A stretch of 20,000 nucleotides of DNA, taken from the IMG/VR virus record IMGVR_UViG_3300044638_007692, positions 58,634 through 78,633 of that record; one strand, 5' to 3'. The notes beneath the pieces are model-generated. The model saw only the letters and a program-made list of their open reading frames with translations, was not told where the DNA came from and did not search any database. Position numbers and translations under genes: made by a program. The DNA is from an uncultured virus (IMG/VR IMGVR_UViG_3300044638_007692). Taxonomy: Duplodnaviria; Heunggongvirae; Uroviricota; Caudoviricetes. Shown piece by piece: positions 1-14,945 of this stretch (the stretch's first letter is position 1; the number at the start of each line of letters is the position of its first letter).

Positions 1-1
1 G

Positions 2-1564
2 TCCAGTTGGTCCTTGAATACCAGTAGAGCCTGTAGGTCCAGTGCTTCCAGTAGGTCCAGTAGGTCCTGCAACTGTGCTATCAGCACCTGTAGGACCTGT
101 AGGACCAATTAGTCCTTGTGACCCAGTAGGCCCTGTGCCTCCAGTAGGACCTTGAATACGTCCCACATTTTGCCAAGTAGTTCCGTTCCAAACCCAAAGG
201 TCACCTGTTGCAGAAACTACATAAGCATCGTTAATTTGATTTCCACTTGCTGGAAGATTTACGTCAAATTGAACAGTACCTTTAAACTTAATAGAAGCAC
301 CCTGAGGACCAGTAGGACCTGTAGGTCCGATTTCTCCAGCACCAAGAACTAAGTTCCAACTTGCATATGTATTTCCTTCACCATTTACCTTGTCCACAAA
401 CATGGTGATGCTTGTGCCAACAATTGTGGTGATGACACCTTCCATATAATCCTGAGGGAAGCTAGCACTAGCTAAACGAGCTCGAGTTCCGACAGCAAAA
501 GCATCAACTTTATTAACAATAAAGTTTTCAGATCCTAAAGAAACAGAAAGGTTGCTTGTAGATGTTACTCCAGCAAAACTTGCTCCCGCTGAACCTGTAG
601 GACCAGTAGGACCAGCACCTGTTGGTCCTGTAGGACCTGTTGGTCCTGGAATATTGGAAGCAGCACCAGTTGGGCCAGTTACAGATGGACCTGTAGGACC
701 TGTAGGTCCTGGAATAGTAGAGGCAGCACCTGTGGCACCTGTAGCACCAGTCGCACCACGAAGACCAGCAGCACCAGTTGGACCTTCAGAACCAGTAGGG
801 CCTGTTGCTCCTGTTGGACCTGTAGGTCCACCTGCAGGACCTGTCGGGCCAGAAGCACCAGTTGCACCTGTCGCACCAGTTACTGACGGACCAGTAGCAC
901 CTACTGGGCCAGTAGGACCGACGAATCCGCGAGGACCAGTTGGGCCAGTAGCACCTTGCAAACCTTGTGCACCAGTTGGGCCAGTTGTACCTTCTTCACC
1001 TTGAGGACCAGTATTTCCGATTGGTCCAATAGGACCTGTAGGACCTCTTTCACCTTCAGGACCAGTTACACCTTGTGCACCTGTAGGACCTTGTGGACCA
1101 GTAGGCCCAGTGATGTCAAAACCTCGAGGACCAGATGGGCCTGTATTTCCTTGTGGGCCTGTTGGTCCTGTAGAACCTGTAGGACCAGTTGGACCTAGAA
1201 CTGTACTTTGAGGGCCAGTAGCACCTGTAGCTCCAGTAGGACCTTGGCTACCGCTCAAACTTGATGCAGACTCAACCCAGTAGTCATCAAAGTAAACATA
1301 AATTTTTCCAGTTGCAGTATTTAACCAAGCATCACCTGCAGAAGCTCCAGTTGGAGGAGTGTCTGATGCTAAAAGAACAGTGCCTGTCGCACCTGTAGGA
1401 CCAGTTACATTACTTGCTGCTCCAGTAGGACCTTGAGGACCAGTAGGACCAACAACTTGAGAAATAACTAAGTTCCAAGAAGTTCCATCCCACTGCCAAG
1501 TTTGACTACCTGAAGTAAATAAATCGTTTGGTGTAGGAGAATTAGGAAAATCAATAGCTGCCAT
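2..1564 (-). CDS. Collagen-like fibre/virion structural protein, 3'-truncated by the window edge (>=521 aa); absent from the ORF track
   Basis: My translation from ATG at 1564 reads [33 protein letters not shown], then long GPT/GAT tracts, open to position 2. SD AGGAGG at 1575-1580. It contains small Trp-rich modules ([42 protein letters not shown]) and an ~80-aa beta-rich domain at ~335-580. Confidence 0.9.
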   Translation of the reverse strand, partial: MAAIDFPNSPTPNDLFTSGSQTWQWDGTSWNLVISQVVGPTGPQGPTGAASNVTGPTGATGTVLLASDTPPTGASAGDAWLNTATGKIYVYFDDYWVESASSLSGSQGPTGATGATGPQSTVLGPTGPTGSTGPTGPQGNTGPSGPRGFDITGPTGPQGPTGAQGVTGPEGERGPTGPIGPIGNTGPQGEEGTTGPTGAQGLQGATGPTGPRGFVGPTGPVGATGPSVTGATGATGASGPTGPAGGPTGPTGATGPTGSEGPTGAAGLRGATGATGATGAASTIPGPTGPTGPSVTGPTGAASNIPGPTGPTGPTGAGPTGPTGSAGASFAGVTSTSNLSVSLGSENFIVNKVDAFAVGTRARLASASFPQDYMEGVITTIVGTSITMFVDKVNGEGNTYASWNLVLGAGEIGPTGPTGPQGASIKFKGTVQFDVNLPASGNQINDAYVVSATGDLWVWNGTTWQNVGRIQGPTGGTGPTGSQGLIGPTGPTGADSTVAGPTGPTGSTGPTGSTGIQGPTG

Positions 1565-1578
1565 TATCTACTCGCCTC

Positions 1579-2280
1579 CTATACCACTGACTCGTATGTG
1601 AATTGGACAAGAATCTTGTCATTACCGCTAAACAAAAATGGAGTGCTTTCAGTAACTGCTACACCTTCATCAAATGTTGCAGACTGTGAGTGCATAAACA
1701 ATTCAATTCTGTTTGTAAAGTTATTGTTGAAAATTGCAGTTCCAAAGTAAGTAATACCTGGACCTTCATCTCGCATAACCACTTGCCCTACAGGCTGGTA
1801 ATTCTCGACGATACCGTTTGAAGGAAGGCTTAGAGAATAAGTTCCACTTCCTCTGTTAAATCCAGAAGTTCCAGCTTGAATTCTAATTTCTCCAAAAATT
1901 GTTGCACCTACATAGGTATATCTACCTTGAATAATTCCATTACCGATTTGCGGATTAGTTGTGCTGCCATACCAAACAGGTGTATATAAAGTCCAAGGTT
2001 CAATCGCGAAAGAACCTGTCGCACCTGTAGGTCCAATTGGACCAGGTGTAGTTGAAGGAGCTCCTGCTGGTCCTTCTGGGCCAGTTGGTCCTTGCGCACC
2101 TGTAGGTCCAGTTGCACCAATAGCTGTTGAGTCTGCACCTGCTGGTCCTGTAGGACCAGTAGGACCTTGAGCACTAGTACGAACTAGTCGCCAAGCAGTA
2201 CCATCCCAAGAATAAGTGTTAACTCCATTTGTGTAAACCTGATTTAGCGTCGGGTTATTTGGAAAATCAATTGCTGGCAT
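1579..2280 (-). CDS. Short collagen-like fibre protein with C-terminal putative receptor-binding head (233 aa)
   Basis: N-terminal AIDFPNxP...WDGTxW module, ~50 aa of G-X-Y, then a C-terminal beta domain (WTLYTP...GRYTYVG...SLP...TP...Y). SD AGGAG 5 nt before the ATG. Confidence 0.85.
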   Translation of the reverse strand: MPAIDFPNNPTLNQVYTNGVNTYSWDGTAWRLVRTSAQGPTGPTGPAGADSTAIGATGPTGAQGPTGPEGPAGAPSTTPGPIGPTGATGSFAIEPWTLYTPVWYGSTTNPQIGNGIIQGRYTYVGATIFGEIRIQAGTSGFNRGSGTYSLSLPSNGIVENYQPVGQVVMRDEGPGITYFGTAIFNNNFTNRIELFMHSQSATFDEGVAVTESTPFLFSGNDKILVQFTYESVV

Positions 2281-2301
2281 GTTATCTCCTCTCTGTCATT
2301 C

Positions 2302-8595
<6,294 letters not shown>

Positions 8596-8627
8596 CAGTG
8601 GTGCTCCAGGTCTCGATAGCATGCAGT

Positions 8628-8697
8628 GAAATCTGCACAGGCAAGCAGATTCCTAAATCGCTCTCTATTGTACGCTGTTATAGACATGGCTATGTCT
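8628..8697 (-). promoter_or_regulatory. Putative promoter/leader of the fibre operon: -10 TACAAT (8667-8672), upstream palindrome and a leader hairpin
   Basis: AGACAT-N4-ATGTCT at 8682-8697 and AATCTGC-N8-GCAGATT at 8630-8651 (extendable to 9 bp with a G-U pair on the minus-strand RNA). No recognisable -35 element. Confidence 0.4.
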
Positions 8698-8701
8698 TAA
8701 A

Positions 8702-9919
8702 TTATGCAGACCTAGGCACTGAAAGAACGCTAATATCCCTTCTTGGGTTGTAGCCATCTCCTACAACAAGGGTCAAAACTCCGGGTGGCGATTCTAGCCC
8801 GTGGCGGTCCCTAAACCACGCACTTCCGGGGTCGACTGTTGGACACTGAAGCCACAGACGCTCACCAATATCCATAGTTTTAAAATTGTGAAAGTGCCCA
8901 GAAATCCATATGTCAGACATTCCAAGGGCAGTTTGACCTGCAGATTGCTCTTGAAGATACTTCATGACATTAGAACCTGACTGATGCCCGTGGAACAATC
9001 CGACCATAGTTCCACAAATATTTATTGACAATGTTTGATGGGACTTTTCTGGAAACCTAAACTCAACGTGAGAAAGGTTTTCATTCTCAGCGCAAGCATC
9101 CTGAACAGCGCTCGCGATTTCAACATTCCAACCATCTGAAGGGTCTGTAATAACTTGACGACCTGCTTCGTCATGATTTCCATTAACTACTGGAACTATG
9201 ATGCGCTCTGCTAAAGGAGCAAAAGCTTTAATTTGAGCCATAAGAACTCGTCTAGCAAGTCTGGTTTGTTCTGTAATTCCTAAATCAGAGGCTGCTTGCC
9301 CTTGAACTCTTCCGTTCTGCGAAACAATACCTTCTACATGGTCTCCCGGTAATGGAATAACCACTGTTCCTATAGGTCTTCCAATTTTTCTCAGCTCGTG
9401 AAGTCTCTGAACACCCATCTCTGTGAGGGTGAGCAACCTTGACACTGTGGTGTCGGTTCCTACGTCTCCTTGCTTTTTTCCAATTTGCTGGTCGCTTGGA
9501 GCAAAAATAAAAGCTAAATCACCTGTAATTTTTTGTGAGACTTTTGAAGGTCTCCACTTTGAAACATCTTGTATTAATTTTTCTAAATCAAAATCAAGTT
9601 CGGAAGATTTTTTTGTGCTGGTTGGTACAAGACTTGCTCGAAAAGCTTCAAGCCAATCGCCTTTATGATTTTGCCAGCGAGATTTTCTGATGGACGTAAT
9701 AGTCCAATCACTTGGGTCTAAATCAAATTCTTTTAATAGTTCAACACCATCAGGACTGTTTCCTGCTGGTCTAGGGGTAGAAATAAAATAACCTTCACCT
9801 TTTTCTGGGTCTATCTCAAGACGAGGTCTCCAAGATTCAGGAGTATTGGTCGCTCTTATATCCGAACCACTTGGCCCTGGGGAAATAAGCTCAGTGAGTT
9901 TGTCGGTTAAAGACGACAT
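8702..9919 (-). CDS. Calcineurin-like metallophosphoesterase (Mre11/SbcD-like fold) with N-terminal extension (405 aa)
   Basis: Ordered motifs SDQQIG (DxH variant), GDHVEG, GNHDE, HGH and GHFH. SD AAGGAG; TGATG overlap with the upstream gene. Confidence 0.85.
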   Translation of the reverse strand: MSSLTDKLTELISPGPSGSDIRATNTPESWRPRLEIDPEKGEGYFISTPRPAGNSPDGVELLKEFDLDPSDWTITSIRKSRWQNHKGDWLEAFRASLVPTSTKKSSELDFDLEKLIQDVSKWRPSKVSQKITGDLAFIFAPSDQQIGKKQGDVGTDTTVSRLLTLTEMGVQRLHELRKIGRPIGTVVIPLPGDHVEGIVSQNGRVQGQAASDLGITEQTRLARRVLMAQIKAFAPLAERIIVPVVNGNHDEAGRQVITDPSDGWNVEIASAVQDACAENENLSHVEFRFPEKSHQTLSINICGTMVGLFHGHQSGSNVMKYLQEQSAGQTALGMSDIWISGHFHNFKTMDIGERLWLQCPTVDPGSAWFRDRHGLESPPGVLTLVVGDGYNPRRDISVLSVPRSA

Positions 9920-10194
9920 CAGTTCTCCTTATATGCCTGATCTCGACTTGTAAAGCAACGGCATTGCTTACGTCGATGAAGGGTGATAGAGGCAAATGCA
10001 ATTTCATATCCTTCCTCAAGAAGGATTTTATGTACTTGCCTATTTGATACTGTTCCAGGCACGGAACGGGTTGAAAAAATAATTTCTAAGGCTTCTTTAT
10101 CTTCGCCTTTTAGCTCTGTCAATAGCTTGCCTACACCGCAGGGCAAACCTGGTTGAGTACGAGTAGCACTGTTTAATTTCTCAGCTAAACTCAC
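9919..10194 (-). CDS. Small putative Zn-binding/HTH-like protein (91 aa)
   Basis: GTG start with GGAGG. One N-terminal Cys (PCG) plus C-terminal HRRKQCRC, with a helical middle. Its stop overlaps the next start. Confidence 0.75.
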   Translation of the reverse strand: MSLAEKLNSATRTQPGLPCGVGKLLTELKGEDKEALEIIFSTRSVPGTVSNRQVHKILLEEGYEIAFASITLHRRKQCRCFTSRDQAYKEN

Positions 10195-10220
10195 TGAAAT
10201 CCTCCAGTTTTCCTTCTATG

Positions 10221-10251
10221 TAGAGTTACCGTAAACCTTACAGTTACTCTA
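10221..10251. promoter_or_regulatory. 31-nt imperfect inverted repeat upstream of the Zn-protein/phosphoesterase pair
   Basis: The minus strand reads TAGAGT-A-ACTGTAA-GGT-TTACGGT-A-ACTCTA (13 pairs including one G-U, one mismatch). No U-tract follows. Confidence 0.5.
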
Positions 10252-10332
10252 GATATGAGGATAGCAGTGAAGATATAAAAATGAAATAATTAGTGACTTA
10301 TGGCGTGTCGGAAATTAAGAAAAAAAGTGTTT

Positions 10333-10731
10333 CTAAGAAGAAGCGGACTTACGGCCTTTTCGCTTCATAGGTGGTTCAACCATAGGCGGAGTGTCTGGAA
10401 TTATCACGGACTGAGCCAGCACCTTTATCAACAAATCTTTAGTCTCAAGACTGTCTTTATGCATCTCTGACAGTTGCTCTTCTAGCTTATTTGTTTTTCT
10501 AGCCACATCTGCTAGACTGAGCCCCCCATTCGCGCTAGGATGAATTGGTGCTGTAGCCACTTCAATTTCTTCACGAATGATTCGACGGAGTAGTTTTAGC
10601 CAAAACTTTGTTACAGCAAAAAAGGCTCCTGTGAGGGTAATTAGAAATACCAAAACCGCTGAGATATCCCCTATATCCAGAAAATTTGGGGTACCTGGTT
10701 CCCACCATGAGTTAGCTTGAGGAATTAGCAA
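10333..10731 (-). CDS. Single-pass membrane protein, holin-like/lysis-associated type (132 aa; start uncertain)
   Basis: Hydrophobic helix ISAVLVFLITLTGAFFAV followed by basic residues, an NGGLSLAD motif and a short coiled coil, recalling NGGSSLxD membrane proteins of actinophages. TTG start with a weak SD. Confidence 0.6.
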   Translation of the reverse strand: MLIPQANSWWEPGTPNFLDIGDISAVLVFLITLTGAFFAVTKFWLKLLRRIIREEIEVATAPIHPSANGGLSLADVARKTNKLEEQLSEMHKDSLETKDLLIKVLAQSVIIPDTPPMVEPPMKRKGRKSASS

Positions 10732-10833
10732 TTAGGTACCGACTTCCAGACTATAGGACTATGGATATAGTTTATAGTAAAAGTTAGTTGGCTACTTTTA
10801 TTTGGCCTCTTGCAGGGTATATTTGCTACACAC

Positions 10834-10873
10834 TAAAAAAACTCTTGACTCATATTGTAGAGTCAGGTAACTT
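10834..10873 (+). promoter_or_regulatory. Sigma70/SigA-type promoter for the primase-helicase
   Basis: TTGACT (10845-10850), 17-nt spacer, TAACTT (10868-10873), with an A-tract just upstream. SD GGAGGT at 10889-10894. Confidence 0.65.
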
Positions 10874-10897
10874 TGGATTCATGACGACGGAGGTTAT

Positions 10898-13519
10898 ATG
10901 AGCGACGAGTCCTCCGAACGCCTTGTCAAAGGCGCAAGGTTCTATTCAAGTATTGACTGGAGCATTCTTCCCTGCCACGGAATTGTTAATGGGCGTTGTA
11001 CGTGCAATAAGCCTCATGGTGAACCTAAAGAGGTAGGAAAACACCCAGCTCTTAATGAGTGGAATGTTATGTCCACACACGACCCTGCACGAGTTGAACA
11101 ATGGTGGACTGAAAATTCAAACTACAACGTTGGAGTTCACTGTTCTAAGAGTGGATTTTTTGTAATCGATATTGACCCACGTTCTGGTGGTCCTGACTCT
11201 TTTATTAAATTTGAAGAACTAGTTGAAGGCGCACTACCACCAACAGTAGAAGCGATAACTGGTGTCTATACAAACGACCGAGGTGTTGCTACTCGTGGTC
11301 GTCACATTTTTTATCGTTGCGATGATTCAGAAGGACTTATTGGAAATCTTTCCAAGATGGGTCTTAATGGAATTGATATTAAGCACAACGGTTATGTTCT
11401 GATTGCACCAAGTAAACACTTCTCTGGAGTTAACTATGAGTGGGTTCCTGGAAAAGCACCTTGGGAAATTGAAATTGCTGAAGCACCAGAACAACTACTT
11501 GCTGCTTTACGTAAGAGATCTAAGAGAACCAGCTTTACTTTAGAGTCTGGAGATTGGGACGACCTCGAATACGAAAAAGTTGATATCTCTGGAATTCTTG
11601 AAAAAGGTATTGATGAGGGTGCCCGTGCTGTTGATGTTTATAAATTGACATGCGCTCTTGCAAATAAATTTGGAACTAGCAAAGACGCTAGACGAATGAT
11701 TGAGTCAGACATGATTCGATTCAACGCTACAAAAATTCGACCACCTCTTCACATAGACGGTACTAATGGACTCTTGCACCACGTTCACCGTGCTATTGAC
11801 TTTGTAGCATCAAATCCAAAGATTGGATTCATTTCTCCAGAGACAGCTGAATGGCAAAAACAACAAGCAGAGCGCCTATCTCAGCCACAAAATGAGCTAC
11901 AACCGCTGACTGGTGTTGTTCAACCGCTAATTGGTGTTGTCCAACCTCCAAAAGAACCTACATTTTTTCCAATGGGCACTGGTCCAATTTCAAGTACAGT
12001 TATGGCTGGTATTGAAGATGGAGATTCCATTGAACAAGCCACATCATTAACAAATATCAATGTTCCAAAGGACCCAGATGCTCTACGAATCGAAGACGGA
12101 GGAAATGAAAGCAAACGTTCGCTTTCTGACACAGGTAACGGTCGTCGCCTTGTTGACGTATTTGGCGCTGGCATTCGTTATACGAGCGGTTTGGGTTGGT
12201 TTGTTTGGAAAGAAGGCTACTGGAAGCCAGACAAAGAGTCGTTGGAAGTTCAAGAACTAGCTAAAAGAGTTCCACCAATTATTTCTGCTGAAGTAATTCA
12301 GTATCCAGATTCTCAACAAGCTTCAGTTATTCAATGGGCACATCAATCTCGCTCAAATGCAAGAATGAAGGGCGCAATTGAGTCTGCAAAGTCCGACCCA
12401 AGAATTGAAATCCCTGTTAGTCGCTGGGACAACGATGAAAATCTCTTAGGTGTTCTCAACGGAGTTATTGATTTAAAAACTGGTGAACTTCTTAAAGGAC
12501 GACCAGACTTACACATCACTCGACGTGCTCCAGTTACATATACTCGAGGACACACCAATGTTCGTTGGCAGCAGTTCTTAGATTTTGCAACTGGTGGCGA
12601 TAAGGAATATCAAGACTGGCTTCAAAAAGCTGCTGGGTATTCAATAACTGGTTCAAACATCTACGACATTATGTTTCTTGTCTATGGACCAGCAGGTTCT
12701 GGTAAAAACACTCTTGTTGAAGCAATTGTGAAATGTCTTGGCACTGAGCAATATGCGTGGCCTCTTGACTCTCACATTCTTGCTGCAAACGATATGAGCA
12801 GTGGTAATACTGATGCTTACCACTGGGCTCAGTTGCGTGGACGTCGCCTAGTTTGGGTAGACGAATTGCCAGACAATGAAAGAATTAAAGAAAATCAAGT
12901 TAAGAAGTTGACTGGTTCATCTGTAATCTCTGCTCGTTCTCCAGGAGAACAGCCATTCACGTTCGAATCTAGAGCCAAACTCTGGGTTACGACAAACCAC
13001 CGCCCAATCATCACGGATGATGCCATGTGGCGTCGTATCCGTCCGATGCCAATGACACGAGTGCCTGAAAACCCTGATCCTAATTTGAAGGCATACATAT
13101 TCGACCCAGAAGGAGCACTGCCAGCAGTTTTGTCATGGGCTGTTGATGGTGCGATAAAAATTCTAGGTTCGTCATCTCGTGATGCATTGGGTTGGTGCAC
13201 TCAAGTAGCTGAAGCTGCTGAGATGTATCGTAAGAATGAAGACCGCATCGGTATCTTCTTGTCAGAAGAGACTAATGAAAATCCTTCAGCTAGCGTTGCT
13301 CTAAAAATTGTTTATGGCGTCTACCGTCAATGGAGCGAAGAACGCGGAGAACGTCCTCTAAGTCAAGGTTCTCTACAAAAGAAAATGACTGAAAGAGGAG
13401 TAACAATCGAAGGAACAGGCTCTAGAGCAGTTATTAGAGGAAGAACCCTAGTTCCAAGAGTTGTTCAAAGTGCTGAGCTTGATTGGAGCACTTTAAATAA
13501 CTTCAATAGAGCTTTTTAA
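10898..13519 (+). CDS. Bifunctional primase-polymerase fused to PriCT-like, D5_N and SF3 helicase domains (P4/D5-type primase-helicase, 873 aa)
   Basis: N-terminal CxC...GKHP, catalytic IDID and GRHIFY motifs; D5_N-like SDTGNGRRL...NGVIDLKTGEL; Walker A GPAGSGKNT, Walker B VWVDE, motif C TTNH, and DDAMWRR arginine finger. Confidence 0.93.
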   Translation: MSDESSERLVKGARFYSSIDWSILPCHGIVNGRCTCNKPHGEPKEVGKHPALNEWNVMSTHDPARVEQWWTENSNYNVGVHCSKSGFFVIDIDPRSGGPDSFIKFEELVEGALPPTVEAITGVYTNDRGVATRGRHIFYRCDDSEGLIGNLSKMGLNGIDIKHNGYVLIAPSKHFSGVNYEWVPGKAPWEIEIAEAPEQLLAALRKRSKRTSFTLESGDWDDLEYEKVDISGILEKGIDEGARAVDVYKLTCALANKFGTSKDARRMIESDMIRFNATKIRPPLHIDGTNGLLHHVHRAIDFVASNPKIGFISPETAEWQKQQAERLSQPQNELQPLTGVVQPLIGVVQPPKEPTFFPMGTGPISSTVMAGIEDGDSIEQATSLTNINVPKDPDALRIEDGGNESKRSLSDTGNGRRLVDVFGAGIRYTSGLGWFVWKEGYWKPDKESLEVQELAKRVPPIISAEVIQYPDSQQASVIQWAHQSRSNARMKGAIESAKSDPRIEIPVSRWDNDENLLGVLNGVIDLKTGELLKGRPDLHITRRAPVTYTRGHTNVRWQQFLDFATGGDKEYQDWLQKAAGYSITGSNIYDIMFLVYGPAGSGKNTLVEAIVKCLGTEQYAWPLDSHILAANDMSSGNTDAYHWAQLRGRRLVWVDELPDNERIKENQVKKLTGSSVISARSPGEQPFTFESRAKLWVTTNHRPIITDDAMWRRIRPMPMTRVPENPDPNLKAYIFDPEGALPAVLSWAVDGAIKILGSSSRDALGWCTQVAEAAEMYRKNEDRIGIFLSEETNENPSASVALKIVYGVYRQWSEERGERPLSQGSLQKKMTERGVTIEGTGSRAVIRGRTLVPRVVQSAELDWSTLNNFNRAF

Positions 13520-14937
13520 CTTCTAGGAGTAAAAACTCGACCTCCGCCACCTGCTCTAAAATTAGGCAAGCGTCGTGAGGAAAAAGATTTGGCTACAAGA
13601 TTGCCACCAACAAACCCTTGCGGAGGTTTGATTAGGAGGGCCGTCATTGCGTGAACTAGAGCATCCACACGGTCTGGAGATTTTTTGGACTCTCCTGGAA
13701 CCCAAGTTGTCATCTGAGACTCAAGGTCTGGAAGATATCCAATATGATGAACGCGATTCTGTTCGTAAGCAAGAACAACAGGTTCGGCGCGAAGCGCTTT
13801 ACCATGTTTTGAGTGCACTTCCAAAACTTTAACATTTGGGTCAATTGCATTAATAGCATTGCGAACTAGTGCTCCACCTTGGTTTACTTCAGCAATTACT
13901 GGTGCACCCCAACGTCTAGCCATCTCAACAACTTTATTTGCCCACACTTCTGGTGAGCCAAGAACTGATGCATCTTCTAAAACCCAAGCGTGACGTTTAT
14001 ATAAATCTCTATCAGCAGTTGAAGCGCAAACAACAATTCCACACTCATCTCGAGGGTTTTCTGCAACAGAAGGGTCAACACCAATACAACGAAGTGGAGC
14101 CTGAGGAGGAAGAAGTCCTTGTCTAGAACTTTCTATCATCTCCATTGTCCACAGTGTGCCTTCAACATCATCAAGCATTTCACCGTAAAGCTCTTGACGA
14201 GCAAGTGATGTTCCTTCATAAACACCCATAATTGTGTCTAGATATGTTCCAGACAAGTTTCCAGCGTTGTCCATTGTGGAGCCTCTGGTCACAATAACTT
14301 TTGAAAGACTCTTTGAATTAGTTGATTCTTCAATCAATTTGTAGAGAAGTGGGACTCTCTTAGGAGTAGTTGTGCAAACAATTTTTGGTTTTGCACCAAG
14401 ACGAGTACCGACTCGAAGGTTGTCAAATGCAGTCATACCTGCAGCATCTGGAGTTTGACGCCAAGCTGCAATCTCATCGCCCCATGCGTGAGTGAATTGT
14501 GGACCACGAAGTGAGTCTGGTTCGTCAGCAGTAAAAAGTGTGGCAGTGTTTCCGTTAGGCCAAGTTAAGCGACGTTTTGATGGCTCGTAATGTGGACGCT
14601 CTGATGGTGGAGAAACATTGATAATTCCTGATTCACCTTCAACAATAACGTCACGAACATCGGCTGCAGTACGAGCCACCAATGCAAAACGTCTTTGACC
14701 CTCTGTGGTGTATTTAGCTTGCTCTCTTACCCATTCGGCTGCAAGTCTTGTTTTACCAAAACCACGACCTGCAAGTACAAGCCAAATATTCCAATCATCA
14801 CCTTCTGGAGGAAGTTGTTCTGGTCTACCCCAAGAACGCCAATCCCATTGAAGTAATTCTGGGTCAATACTGGAAAGAACCGCAGCTTGCTCTTCTTGCG
14901 ATAGCATGGCGAGCTGCTCCATGAAGCTCTTTCCCAT
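13516..14937 (-). CDS. terL: Terminase large subunit (473 aa)
   Basis: Adenine-binding Q motif (RPEQ), Walker A GRGFGKT, LRG...Walker B WGDE, motif III TTTP, and RNase H-like nuclease residues (GVDPS, AEVNQGG, PDRVDA). Confidence 0.95.
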   Translation of the reverse strand: MGKSFMEQLAMLSQEEQAAVLSSIDPELLQWDWRSWGRPEQLPPEGDDWNIWLVLAGRGFGKTRLAAEWVREQAKYTTEGQRRFALVARTAADVRDVIVEGESGIINVSPPSERPHYEPSKRRLTWPNGNTATLFTADEPDSLRGPQFTHAWGDEIAAWRQTPDAAGMTAFDNLRVGTRLGAKPKIVCTTTPKRVPLLYKLIEESTNSKSLSKVIVTRGSTMDNAGNLSGTYLDTIMGVYEGTSLARQELYGEMLDDVEGTLWTMEMIESSRQGLLPPQAPLRCIGVDPSVAENPRDECGIVVCASTADRDLYKRHAWVLEDASVLGSPEVWANKVVEMARRWGAPVIAEVNQGGALVRNAINAIDPNVKVLEVHSKHGKALRAEPVVLAYEQNRVHHIGYLPDLESQMTTWVPGESKKSPDRVDALVHAMTALLIKPPQGFVGGNLVAKSFSSRRLPNFRAGGGGRVFTPRS

Positions 14938-14945
14938 ATCGACAC

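Noticed and set aside
8702..9919. Phosphoesterase as a Bxb1 gp47-like recombination directionality factor for the serine recombinase
   Set aside because: Only the fold class is shared; the recombinase is not a large integrase and the genes are ~10 kb apart.
11860..12120. Intein or intron in the primase-helicase linker
   Set aside because: No Cys/Ser start with His-Asn end and no endonuclease motifs; the frame is continuous and the region reads as a low-complexity linker.
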